Below are positions 14,787 to 24,019 of a DNA stretch of 25,914 nucleotides, in pieces (the stretch's first letter is position 1; each line of letters starts with the position of its first letter). The stretch comes from Elusimicrobiota bacterium (GTDB lineage Bacteria; Elusimicrobiota; Elusimicrobia; F11). Under the pieces are notes generated by a model, which worked only from the letters and a program-made list of their open reading frames with translations, did not search any database and was not told the origin of the DNA. The stretch lies in contig JBJXGI010000087.1 of assembly GCA_046153645.1 (NCBI GenBank), positions 1 to 25,914 on the forward strand, given 5' to 3'. The translations under genes and the position numbers were made by a program.

Positions 14787-15677
14787 ATGAACCAAGATAA
14801 AATTATCGTTGAAGGAAGGCCTTTTCGGCCCCGACTTCCGTCTTACTTGAAACAACCCATTCCGCAGGGCCCTGAATTCCAGAATGTCACAAAAGCGATT
14901 CAAGAGTTTAAACTAAATACTGTTTGTGAAGAAGCCAAATGCCCGAACCGAACCCATTGTTATGCACGGGGAACTCTCACCTTTCAAATTTTGGGTGATG
15001 TTTGTACAAGATCATGTGGGTTTTGCGCTGAAACTTTTGGGCGCCCGTCAGGGCCTATCGACTCAAGTGAACCACAAAGGGTTGTTGATGCGGCATTAAA
15101 ACTGAATTTAAAACACGTGGTGATTACCTCTCCCGCTCGGGACGATCTCAAAGATGACGGTGCTTCTCAATTTTGTGCGGTTATTCAAAAATTGAGACAA
15201 GAAGCCCCTCACATCACAGTTGAAATTCTCACTCCAGATTTTCAAGGGAAAGCAGATTGTTTGAAAATTGTGTTCGAGGCCAAACCCGATATCTTTAACC
15301 ATAATATTGAAACCATTCGACGTTTAACCCCTAAAGTCAGATCCAAAGCTACTTACGAGCGCACTCTTTTTGTTTTGAAATCGGCCAAAGAAGCGGGATT
15401 AACAACCAAATCTGGGGTGATGGTTGGACACGGCGAAACAGAGACGGAACTTTTTGAAACATTTCAAGATTTAAGAAACGTTGGTTGTGACATGTTAACC
15501 TTAGGACAGTATTTGCCCCCCTCCGTCAGACACCTTCCCGTAATGAAGTTTTATACCCCTGAAGATTTTTTTGCGCTACGTGAGAAAGCTCTTGCGTTGG
15601 GCTTTAAGAATGTAGCGGCAGGGCCGCTGGTGAGGAGTTCGTATCATGCCGATGAAGGAATTGAGCGGCGTACTTAG
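14787..15677 (+). CDS. lipA: Lipoyl synthase
   Basis: CEEAKCPNRTHC (CX4CX5C), radical-SAM motif CTRSCGFC, and C-terminal VRSSYHA. Confidence 0.96.
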   Translation: MNQDKIIVEGRPFRPRLPSYLKQPIPQGPEFQNVTKAIQEFKLNTVCEEAKCPNRTHCYARGTLTFQILGDVCTRSCGFCAETFGRPSGPIDSSEPQRVVDAALKLNLKHVVITSPARDDLKDDGASQFCAVIQKLRQEAPHITVEILTPDFQGKADCLKIVFEAKPDIFNHNIETIRRLTPKVRSKATYERTLFVLKSAKEAGLTTKSGVMVGHGETETELFETFQDLRNVGCDMLTLGQYLPPSVRHLPVMKFYTPEDFFALREKALALGFKNVAAGPLVRSSYHADEGIERRT

Positions 15678-15679
15678 AA

Positions 15680-15940
15680 AAAATTCCTCCCCATTTTATG
15701 GGGAGGTTGGTGGGGAATGGATAGGTTTTTCCTTATATTTTTTAGATTAAATTCTCTACAAAAGAATTATGATGACAATGAAATTGATTTTTTAAAATCA
15801 AGAAACCATAAATTTTTAAGATTTTGGAATAATCATGTTCTGATTAAAAGGGAAAGTGTTCTTGAATCAATGTGAAAATTTTTACAGGGAAGAACCCATT
15901 TATCCCCCACCAACCTCCCCATAAAATGGGGAGGGATTTT
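15680..15940. mobile_element. REP-flanked, MITE-like element with 30-bp perfect terminal inverted repeats
   Basis: CCTCCCCATTTTATGGGGAGGTTGGTGGGG (15686-15715) is the exact reverse complement of 15905-15934. Each arm contains its own CTCCCCAT-N3-ATGGGGAG hairpin. Confidence 0.8.
15717..15875 (+). pseudogene. Remnant of a DUF559 (Vsr-like endonuclease) gene, C-terminal part only
   Basis: Translates as ...KNYDDNEIDFLKSRNHKFLRFWNNHVLIKRESVLESM*, matching the DUF559 C-terminal pattern YD..R..FL...G..VLRFWN..V....E.VLE.I. Confidence 0.65.
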
Positions 15941-15957
15941 AAATTAATAAGGAATAT

Positions 15958-17043
15958 ATGAATCGCACCCCCTTCTACAACCACCACGTTAAACTCGGTG
16001 GCAAGATAGTCGATTTTTTCGGATGGGAACTCCCCGTTCAATATTCAACCATTACCCTCGAACATACCGCTGTCAGAACCAAAGCAGGTGTTTTCGATAT
16101 CTCTCATATGGGACAAGTATTTGTATGGGGTAATGATTCACTGAAATATCTTCAAAATTTACTCACCAACGACATTTCTAAAATTGGCCCCGGAAAAAGT
16201 ATCTACGCTCATATGTTGAATGAAAAAGGCGGAGTCATCGACGACTTATTTGTTTATCAATTAGAAGAATCGAAGTATTTGGTCATCATCAACGCTTCTC
16301 GTCGAACGGAAGACATGGCTTGGATGATGAAACACAAAAATAGTTTTCAAGTCGATATAATGGAAGCTCCTTTTGGATCGGCTCTCGCCATTCAAGGCCC
16401 GGCTTCATCAGATATTATGATGAGGCTCAATTCAGAAATCACAAAATTGCCACGTTTTGGAATTGGAGAGTTTGAAATTGGTGATTTAAATATTCATGTC
16501 GCACGCACGGGTTATACCGGAGAAGATGGCTTTGAATTTTTTGCTCCAGCAGGACATCTACTCATGACTTGGGATCAGTTATTTCAAGCGGGACAACCTT
16601 TGGGACTTATTCCGTGCGGGCTCGGCGCCCGAGATACACTCCGAACAGAAGTGGCTTACCCCCTTTATGGCCATGAATTAGATGAAAATCATACCCCTTT
16701 TGAAGCAGGTCTTAACTGGGTGGTTAAACTCGATAAATTAAATTTTATTGGGAAAGAGGCGTTGGTTCAGCAAAAAACAAATGGCCTCAAAGAACATCTG
16801 CTTGGTTTTAAAGTAGAAAAAGGCGGTGTGGCTCGACCTGGTGGAGAAATTTGGATGAACGGCCAGAAAATGGGAACAGTCGCCAGCGGAACTTTCTCGC
16901 CATCACTCAACATGGCCATTGGGATGGCATATTTCCCCATTTCCACCCCCAAAACAGGTCAAACATTTACGATTAAACAAGGAACTCGCGAGCTCGAAGC
17001 CACTACTATTTCCTTACCTTTTTACAAAAAAAATAAAATCTAA
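15958..17043 (+). CDS. gcvT: Glycine cleavage system T protein (aminomethyltransferase)
   Basis: FDISHMG, GGVIDD, RTGYTGEDGFE and GLGARDTLRTE..LYGHE. An AAGGA RBS is present. Confidence 0.96.
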   Translation: MNRTPFYNHHVKLGGKIVDFFGWELPVQYSTITLEHTAVRTKAGVFDISHMGQVFVWGNDSLKYLQNLLTNDISKIGPGKSIYAHMLNEKGGVIDDLFVYQLEESKYLVIINASRRTEDMAWMMKHKNSFQVDIMEAPFGSALAIQGPASSDIMMRLNSEITKLPRFGIGEFEIGDLNIHVARTGYTGEDGFEFFAPAGHLLMTWDQLFQAGQPLGLIPCGLGARDTLRTEVAYPLYGHELDENHTPFEAGLNWVVKLDKLNFIGKEALVQQKTNGLKEHLLGFKVEKGGVARPGGEIWMNGQKMGTVASGTFSPSLNMAIGMAYFPISTPKTGQTFTIKQGTRELEATTISLPFYKKNKI

Positions 17044-17165
17044 AATCCAAGTTTCAAAACTCAAACAAACTTCAAAAATTCAATTTTCAAAGAAACAATA
17101 ACTTGTAATTTGTTATTTAAATTTTGGAATTTGTATGGTATTTGGTGCTTGAGTTTTGGAATTTA
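17043..17165. repeat. AT-rich imperfect long palindrome between convergent genes (possible bidirectional terminator or repeat element)
   Basis: CAAAACTCAA (17055-17064) / TTGAGTTTTG (17149-17158). The left arm is (T)CAAA-rich and the right arm TTTG(G)-rich. Confidence 0.6.
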
Positions 17166-17180
17166 ATTTTTATGAGAGGT

Positions 17181-17447
17181 TTATGCAGATTTTTTTAGAT
17201 AAGTAATATCACCAAAACCCAAGACAAGTCCTGCGACGCTGATGTCTTCATCAATGTTATCCCAATGAAGCCCTGTACCACCACCACTTATTTCAAACTT
17301 AGTTCTTTCGATTGGACTAGCCTTTAATAAGCGCGGGAAAAAAGCTAAGGGCGTTGAAAGTTGCCGCCCATCTTTAAGGGCAACCCATAAATTATCTTCA
17401 TCAAACCAAACTTTTGAAGCAGCGATCTCAATTCCGGAAGTATTCAT
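17181..17447 (-). CDS. DUF2442 family protein (putative antitoxin)
   Basis: L.DGRQLSTPLAFFPRLLKAS..ER..FE.....GLHWDNIDEDISV. Confidence 0.9.
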   Translation of the reverse strand: MNTSGIEIAASKVWFDEDNLWVALKDGRQLSTPLAFFPRLLKASPIERTKFEISGGGTGLHWDNIDEDISVAGLVLGFGDITYLKKSA

Positions 17448-17673
17448 TCCAGCGACTCCTTATTAAACCAATATTTTTCTCGACAATTACTTCCAAATCT
17501 TTCAATTCTCGACTCGTCATTTCATAACTATAACCAACTAAAACGCTAGGTTCCACCCAAAACTTAGCCAATTTCTCTCCCTTCCGAATATGAATATGAC
17601 ACGGTTCCAGTGGAGATCCTTCATTTGAAAAGAAGAAAAATTTATATCCATTCCACTCAAATAACTTGGGCAT
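17428..17673 (-). CDS. DUF4160 family protein (putative toxin)
   Basis: MP.....GYKFFFFSNE...EPCHIHI......AKFW......W.EYF. Overlaps the DUF2442 gene by 20 bp. Confidence 0.9.
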   Translation of the reverse strand: MPKLFEWNGYKFFFFSNEGSPLEPCHIHIRKGEKLAKFWVEPSVLVGYSYEMTSRELKDLEVIVEKNIGLIRSRWNEYFRN

Positions 17674-17789
17674 GCAGGATTATATCTTGATTTCCATGAT
17701 CGCTCTAGTGTTAATCAATAAAAATTATTAGAATTCGTCGTCGAATCCCGGCTTTAAAACCCCGACAAAAATTTACTGAGGAGTTTCCT

Positions 17790-18170
17790 GTGCAAAACCC
17801 TGATAACTGTCGTTTTACCAAATCTCATGAATGGCTCTCCGTTGACGGTACCATTGGCATTTCCGAACACGCTCAAAAAGAAATTACCGATGTTGTTTTC
17901 GTTGAACTTCCCAAAATAGGAAAAGAAGTGAAAGCGGGGGATCCCGTGGCCGTGGTGGAATCGGTAAAAGCGGCTTTTGACATCTATGCGCCTGTATCAG
18001 GAAAAATTTCCAAAGTAAATTCAGAGGTTTCAAAAAATCCCGCATTGGTCAACCAGTCTCCTTATGGTAATGGTTGGCTTTTTACCATCGAGAAATCAAC
18101 CGCTGGTGAAGAAGAGAAACTCATGACACACGCGGACTACCAGAAATTTATTCTTACGGCCGCTCACTAA
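17790..18170 (+). CDS. gcvH: Glycine cleavage system H protein
   Basis: SHEW, lipoyl-Lys motif VESVKAAFDIYAPVSG, and P.LVN.SPYG.GW. A GAGGAG RBS precedes the GTG start. Confidence 0.96.
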   Translation: MQNPDNCRFTKSHEWLSVDGTIGISEHAQKEITDVVFVELPKIGKEVKAGDPVAVVESVKAAFDIYAPVSGKISKVNSEVSKNPALVNQSPYGNGWLFTIEKSTAGEEEKLMTHADYQKFILTAAH

Positions 18171-18171
18171 C

Positions 18172-19512
18172 ATGTACCATTCCACTTCCTCCACTGATGA
18201 AAAAAAATTATTAGACGCTATTGGGGTTTCTTCTTTTAAAGAACTGGTCAAAAAAGTCCCCTCGAAATATTTAAACCCAGGGCTGGGGCTTCAAAATGGT
18301 TTATCTGAAATGGAGCTCACTCAACAATTAACAGATTTGTCCCAGAAAAACCAAACCCCCCTTAGTTTTTTAGGCGCTGGCGCTTATGATCATTTTGTTT
18401 CCGCGGTTGTTCCGGCTTTAGCAGGCCGCGGTGAATTTTCGACGGCTTATACTCCTTATCAACCGGAAGCCAGCCAAGGAACACTTCAAACGATATTTGA
18501 GTTTCAAAGCATTGTTGCTGAACTTTATGGAATGGAGGTGGCCAACGCTTCTCTCTATGACGGTGCCAGTGCTTTAGCAGAAGCGGCTCTCGTTTCTTTT
18601 CGTCAAACCGAGAGAAAAACTCTTTTTATTCCTGACTCCTTACACCCCCATTATCGCCGAACACTTGAAACTTATTTTCAAGAAAACACCGGTTACAAGT
18701 TGGTTTTGGTGGGCGCCAATTCCCAGGGCACCATTGATCTCGATGACCTTCAAAACAAACTGAAAGCCCATGAGGGGCAAGTAGCGGGAGTTGTTCTTCA
18801 AACCCCTAATTTTTTTGGATGTTTAGAAGAGGGCGAAATTATTTCAAAAATAGCTCATGAAGCGGGGGCCCTTTGTATTGCGGCTTGTAACCCTATCGCA
18901 ATGGGTCTTATTTCTCCTCCTGGTGAATTCGGAGCCGATATTGCCGTTGGAGAAGGACAACCACTGGGACTTCCTGTTTCTTTCGGTGGTCCGTATCTAG
19001 GACTTTTTGCCTGTAAAAAAGAGTTGGTCAGGAAAATTCCGGGACGAATTTGTGGAAAAACAGTAGATGTTGATGGGAAAGAAGCCTATGTACTTACCCT
19101 TCAAGCCAGAGAACAACACATCAGAAGGGAAAAAGCGAATTCAAATATTTGTACCAATCAAAATTTATGCGCTACTTCATTTACCATTCAAGCCTCTCTT
19201 CTTGGCCCAGAAGGACTCAAAGAATTAGCCGAATTGAACTTACAATTGGCCCATTACGCCGCCGACCAAGTGGCACAGCTTCCAGGTTATAAATTAAAAT
19301 TTCCTGCCCCTTTCTTTAATGAATTTGTTGTTGAAACTCCATTCGATGGCGAATTATTACAAAAGAAAATGTTGGACTTAAATATTCTCGCGGGTCTTCC
19401 TCTTAAAATATTTTATCCGAAATTAGAAAATCATCTTCTCATTAACGTCACCGAGCGCCGTTCCAAGACAGAAATAGATCGCCTTATCAGCGCTTTAAGG
19501 AGCATGAAATGA
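18172..19512 (+). CDS. gcvPA: Glycine dehydrogenase (decarboxylating) subunit 1
   Basis: FLGAGAYDH, TAYTPYQPEASQG, NASLYDG and REQHIRREKANSNICTN. Confidence 0.96.
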   Translation: MYHSTSSTDEKKLLDAIGVSSFKELVKKVPSKYLNPGLGLQNGLSEMELTQQLTDLSQKNQTPLSFLGAGAYDHFVSAVVPALAGRGEFSTAYTPYQPEASQGTLQTIFEFQSIVAELYGMEVANASLYDGASALAEAALVSFRQTERKTLFIPDSLHPHYRRTLETYFQENTGYKLVLVGANSQGTIDLDDLQNKLKAHEGQVAGVVLQTPNFFGCLEEGEIISKIAHEAGALCIAACNPIAMGLISPPGEFGADIAVGEGQPLGLPVSFGGPYLGLFACKKELVRKIPGRICGKTVDVDGKEAYVLTLQAREQHIRREKANSNICTNQNLCATSFTIQASLLGPEGLKELAELNLQLAHYAADQVAQLPGYKLKFPAPFFNEFVVETPFDGELLQKKMLDLNILAGLPLKIFYPKLENHLLINVTERRSKTEIDRLISALRSMK

Positions 19513-21023
19513 GCCGTTTAGAGCCACTTCTTATTGAACAATCAGTCAAAGGACGCCGAGGCTTGCATATTCCATCATCTCCGGTCTCACGACCAATGAC
19601 AGATTTCATCCCCCAAAACTTACTAAGAAAGAAAAAACCAAATTTAGCAGAAGTCACAGAACTAGAGGTGGTACGTCACTTCACTCGTTTATCCCAGCTT
19701 AATTTTTGTATTGATACCAATTTTTATCCTTTGGGAAGTTGCACGATGAAATACAACCCAAAGGTCAATGATGCCATGGCCGCGCTCCCTGGTTTTAAAG
19801 GAGCTCATCCTTTGGCCCCTGAACAAAGTGTTCAAGGATTATTAGAGGTTCTCTATAATTTAGAACATTGGCTTTCTCGAATGACGGGGTTAGATGCCTT
19901 CACACTGCATCCCGCCGCGGGTGCTCAGGGAGAATTTGCCGGTATTCTTGTCGCGCAAGCCTATCACCGATTTAAAGGAAACAATAAAAATACTGTTCTT
20001 GTGCCTGATTCCGCGCATGGAACCAACCCCGCCAGTGCCGCTTTTGCCGGGATGGATGTTGTTCAAGTCAAATCAATGGCCAGTGGTCATATTGATTTAA
20101 CAGATTTTCGCTCAAAGCTAAACGACGATGTGGGATTGGTTATGATTACCCTTCCCAATACCCTCGGACAATTTGAAGAAGACATTGAAACCATTGCAAA
20201 AGAGACACATGCCAAAGGGGCCCTTCTTTATTTAGATGGGGCCAATTTTAATGCTTTGGCGGGTCTTGTTCGCCCTGGTGACCTAGGTTTTGATATCTGC
20301 CACATTAACCTTCACAAAACTTTTTCGACCCCTCATGGAGGCGGAGGACCTGGAGCAGGACCGGTGGGCGTCAAAAAAGAATTAGAACAGTTTTTACCTA
20401 TTCCGCGTGTTATCAAAGAAGGAAATATTTACAAATTAAAAGATTCTAAACATCAGTTTCCTCAATCAATTGGCCAACTGAGAAGTTTTTTTGGAAACAC
20501 CGGCATTTTGATTCGAGCCTATGCCTATATGCTGGCCATGGGTGAAGATGGAATCAAAGACATGAGTCGCCGAGCCATTATTAATGCCAATTATATTCGC
20601 GTTCGTTTATCTAAATTATTTAAATCAGTTTCTGATGAGCCTTGTATGCATGAAGCCGTTTTTTCAGGAACACCCGTTCTCAAAAACGGAATTAAAACTC
20701 TTGATATTGCCAAACGACTTTTGGATTTTGGCTTTTATGCCCCAACTATTTATTTTCCGCTAATTGTTCCTGAAGCGCTTATGATTGAGCCCACAGAAAC
20801 AGAAAACATTGAAACGCTAGAAGAGTTTTGTCAGACCATGGAAAAAATTGTGGGTGAAATTGATTCTAACCCGCAATATTTAAAAGCTGCGCCGCATACA
20901 ACGCCAGTTCGCCGTTTAGATGAAGTTAAAGCCGCTCGAGTACCCATTCTCAAATGGCCAGAATCAAATGAACCGATGCTATTTTCTGGGGAGGGAAAAT
21001 GTCTTCTCAAGAACCTTCCATGA
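19509..21023 (+). CDS. gcvPB: Glycine dehydrogenase (decarboxylating) subunit 2
   Basis: YPLGSCTMKYNPK, SAHGTNPASA, and the PLP-Lys motif HINLHKTFSTPHGGGGPG. ATGA overlap with gcvPA. Confidence 0.96.
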   Translation: MSRLEPLLIEQSVKGRRGLHIPSSPVSRPMTDFIPQNLLRKKKPNLAEVTELEVVRHFTRLSQLNFCIDTNFYPLGSCTMKYNPKVNDAMAALPGFKGAHPLAPEQSVQGLLEVLYNLEHWLSRMTGLDAFTLHPAAGAQGEFAGILVAQAYHRFKGNNKNTVLVPDSAHGTNPASAAFAGMDVVQVKSMASGHIDLTDFRSKLNDDVGLVMITLPNTLGQFEEDIETIAKETHAKGALLYLDGANFNALAGLVRPGDLGFDICHINLHKTFSTPHGGGGPGAGPVGVKKELEQFLPIPRVIKEGNIYKLKDSKHQFPQSIGQLRSFFGNTGILIRAYAYMLAMGEDGIKDMSRRAIINANYIRVRLSKLFKSVSDEPCMHEAVFSGTPVLKNGIKTLDIAKRLLDFGFYAPTIYFPLIVPEALMIEPTETENIETLEEFCQTMEKIVGEIDSNPQYLKAAPHTTPVRRLDEVKAARVPILKWPESNEPMLFSGEGKCLLKNLP

Positions 21024-21742
21024 TCGGCCCTTGGAGTTTCTCAGATTCAGGTTTTCTCTCAGGATTAGACAACATGAGAATGGATCAAGAACTTCTCGAT
21101 AAAAATAGCAACGAACAAAAAGTTTTTCCCTCTCTTCGTTTTTTTGGTTGGAATGAACCCACTGTTACCTACGGTTATCTTATGAACGCAGAAAAAGCCA
21201 CCACATGGGCGTTATCTCAAAATGTTAAAAATGTTGTTGTTCGACCCACAGGAGGTGGAGTGGCTCTTCACCAACCTTCAGATATCTCTCTTTCACTATT
21301 TTGGCCCAAAGAACTTGGCCTTCTTCCCGAAACACCCAGAACTTGTTACGCTGAAATTCATCGAATCCTCAAAGATGGCCTTGAAGACTATTTATCTGAA
21401 AGCAAAATAAATTTAGACCCCTCCTTACATTCAAAAAAAGAAAACTCATGTGAAACGGCTCCAACTGAAAAATTAGACCGCTTTTCTCTTTGTTTCCAAG
21501 AGCCTGTTTGTAACGATATTTTAATCAATCAAGAAAAAATAGTAGGCGGAGCGCTTCGCATCACCAAAAAAGCTCTTCTTTATCAGGGAACCCTTCAACT
21601 TCAAGATAATTGGAACCGTGCCACTCTTTCAGAAAACCTACTCAACAGTTTTAAACGTTATTTTTCACTTCCTGAATCACTAGAAAAGACCGTTAAAAAA
21701 GAAAAAACATCGGATCCTTTTTCTTTTTCATTGAGCAATTAA
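20999..21742 (+). CDS. Lipoate-protein ligase family protein, LipM-like octanoyltransferase (alternative start 21020)
   Basis: NM.MD..LL, LRFFGW..P...GY, RPTGGGVALH and CF...ND....KIVGGA. No C-terminal LplA accessory domain. Confidence 0.85.
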   Translation: MSSQEPSMIGPWSFSDSGFLSGLDNMRMDQELLDKNSNEQKVFPSLRFFGWNEPTVTYGYLMNAEKATTWALSQNVKNVVVRPTGGGVALHQPSDISLSLFWPKELGLLPETPRTCYAEIHRILKDGLEDYLSESKINLDPSLHSKKENSCETAPTEKLDRFSLCFQEPVCNDILINQEKIVGGALRITKKALLYQGTLQLQDNWNRATLSENLLNSFKRYFSLPESLEKTVKKEKTSDPFSFSLSN

Positions 21743-21748
21743 AACAGT

Positions 21749-23158
21749 ATGGCGCCTCCTCCAGAATTACACCCCATTGAATTATTTGTCCCTGAAATAA
21801 AACAACTTTTAGAAAAAAAGCGTCTTATCGAACTAAAAGAGGTATTGGAAGAAATTAATCCCATTGATTTAGCCGATGGAATGCGGTCTTTTTCACCAGA
21901 GGAACAAGTTCTTCTCCTTAAACTTTTAAAACCCATTCGTTTAATGGAGGTTTTTGAAGAACTAGACATTCAAAAACAAGAATATATTGTCAACCACTTA
22001 GAAGACCAAACCCTGGCCCCCCTCTTAGAAGGAATTCCACCAGAAGTGACGGCGGAACTTTTTAAAAAGCTCCCCGATAAGATAGTTAAAAAAATGACCA
22101 AGCTCATGAACCATGAGAAAATAACAGTCGTCAATGAGATACTGGAATATCCAGATCACACCGCTGGTTCGATTATGAGTCAAGAATTTTTAAGCGTGGA
22201 TAAAGACCTCACGGCAAAAGCAGCCATTGAACGTTTACAAGCTTGTACCCGCGTTCGCAGCGGACAAGATATCAACACACTCTATGCAACCAACGGAAAT
22301 CGCAAACTCATTGGGGCTCTATCTTTACAAACTTTAATTGGAGCGCCCGGAGATATTAAAATCAAAGAAATCATGTCTCCTGTTTCGGTTATAAAGATTA
22401 ATGTTAAAACAGACAAAGAAGAAGCGTCTAAAATTTTTACTCGATATAAAGTTCTCTCGGCGCCTGTTGTTAATGATGACAACAGGCTTGTGGGTGTTTT
22501 AAGCGCAGAAGATGCCATTGAAGTTATCGAACAAGAAAACACAGAAGACATTCAAAAACTCGCCGGCGTTGAAGCCTTAGAACAACCTTATTTTAAAACT
22601 CGCGTCATCGATATGGTGAAAAAACGTGCCACTTGGCTTTGTGTCCTTTTTCTAGGTCAAACTCTCACTGCCACAGCCATGGGTTTTTTTGAAGGAGAAA
22701 TTGCCAGAGCGGCCGTTTTAGCTTTATTTATTCCCCTTGTTATATCCAGTGGTGGTAACTCAGGTTCCCAAGCAGCGACACTTATTGTTAGAGCCCTTTC
22801 TTTAAAAGAAATTACTTTCCGAGATTGGTGGCACGTTGTTAGGAGAGAATTTTCATCGGGTTTGGCTCTTGGCGTGATTTTAGGATCACTTGGTTTTTTA
22901 GGAATTTTCACATGGGGAAATTTAAGCCATCTTTATGGTCCACATTATATTTTGGTCGCAACAACAGTCGCATTGGCCTTGGTTTTAATTGTTTTATGGG
23001 GTTCTGTGGTGGGATCATTACTCCCTATTTTTCTAAAGAAACTAAAATTGGATCCGGCTGTGGCTTCTGCACCCTTCGTCGCCACACTCGTTGATGTGAC
23101 GGGTCTTATTATTTATTTTTCAGTGGCGAGCATTATTTTAAGAGGCACTCTTCTTTGA
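21749..23158 (+). CDS. mgtE: Magnesium transporter MgtE
   Basis: N domain plus CBS pair (TAGSIM), SGGNSGSQ and LDPAVASAPFVATLVDVTG. Confidence 0.96.
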   Translation: MAPPPELHPIELFVPEIKQLLEKKRLIELKEVLEEINPIDLADGMRSFSPEEQVLLLKLLKPIRLMEVFEELDIQKQEYIVNHLEDQTLAPLLEGIPPEVTAELFKKLPDKIVKKMTKLMNHEKITVVNEILEYPDHTAGSIMSQEFLSVDKDLTAKAAIERLQACTRVRSGQDINTLYATNGNRKLIGALSLQTLIGAPGDIKIKEIMSPVSVIKINVKTDKEEASKIFTRYKVLSAPVVNDDNRLVGVLSAEDAIEVIEQENTEDIQKLAGVEALEQPYFKTRVIDMVKKRATWLCVLFLGQTLTATAMGFFEGEIARAAVLALFIPLVISSGGNSGSQAATLIVRALSLKEITFRDWWHVVRREFSSGLALGVILGSLGFLGIFTWGNLSHLYGPHYILVATTVALALVLIVLWGSVVGSLLPIFLKKLKLDPAVASAPFVATLVDVTGLIIYFSVASIILRGTLL

Positions 23159-23604
23159 AGGAAAATAAGAAAAGTTCTTTTAGTGATCTTCTTAAGATCA
23201 TGAAAACGCTTCGCTCAGATAAAGGATGCCCTTGGGACAAAGAACAAACGCATTTTTCCCTTCTCAAATATCTCAAAGAAGAATCTGAAGAACTTTCTCA
23301 GGCCGTCCAAAAAAAAGATTGGTTTAATCTCCAAGAAGAATTGGGAGACGTGTTATTGCAAGTTATATTTCATTCTCAAATGGCGAGCGAAAAAGGCGCC
23401 TTTCATATTTCCGATGTCATCGACACATTGGCAAAAAAATTAACACTTCGTCATCCCCATGTTTTTGGCTCTCAAAAAAATAAGAAATGGACATCGCAAG
23501 ATGTCAAAGATAACTGGAACGATTTAAAAACCAAAGAAAAATTTTGGAAAGATAAAGCCTCTAAAAAATTAAATCTCAGAATGAGGAAAGTAGAATTAAT
23601 ATAA
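23155..23604 (+). CDS. mazG: MazG-family nucleotide pyrophosphohydrolase (single domain)
   Basis: LR...GCPWDKEQTH.SL..YL.EE..E, EELGDVLLQV.FH and RHPHVF. Confidence 0.88.
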   Translation: MKENKKSSFSDLLKIMKTLRSDKGCPWDKEQTHFSLLKYLKEESEELSQAVQKKDWFNLQEELGDVLLQVIFHSQMASEKGAFHISDVIDTLAKKLTLRHPHVFGSQKNKKWTSQDVKDNWNDLKTKEKFWKDKASKKLNLRMRKVELI

Positions 23605-23614
23605 GGAACCCCCG

Positions 23615-24004
23615 ATGAAAACAAAACTAGGATATACCGACAAACACGCCATTTCAGGAATCGACAAAAAACTTTCTCCCATTGAATGTTGGCCCAACCA
23701 ATTTCCAAGTTATGAAATCGTGATCACAATTCCTGAATACACCTCTATTTGCCCTAAAACACAATTACCTGATTTTGGAACCATCACGATTAAATATGTT
23801 CCCCACAAACTCTGCCTCGAACTCAAATCGCTGAAAATGTATTTATTGGAATACCGAGATTTAGGAATTTTTTACGAAAATGCCGTTAACAAAATCCTCA
23901 AAGACATCGTTAAAGCCTGCCAACCCAAATGGTGCCTTGTTAAAGGGGATTTTTCCTCCCGAGGCGGCATTCACAGTTCGATAGAAGCTCGATATAAGAA
24001 ATAA
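23615..24004 (+). CDS. queF: PreQ0 reductase, short unimodular type
   Basis: PEYTSICPKTQLPDFG, ELKSLK.Y and RGGI. Confidence 0.93.
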   Translation: MKTKLGYTDKHAISGIDKKLSPIECWPNQFPSYEIVITIPEYTSICPKTQLPDFGTITIKYVPHKLCLELKSLKMYLLEYRDLGIFYENAVNKILKDIVKACQPKWCLVKGDFSSRGGIHSSIEARYKK

Positions 24005-24019
24005 AGCAGCACTAAAAAA

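Noticed and set aside
15680..15957. Glycine riboswitch upstream of gcvT
   Set aside because: No glycine aptamer consensus seen. The space is explained by the inverted-repeat element.
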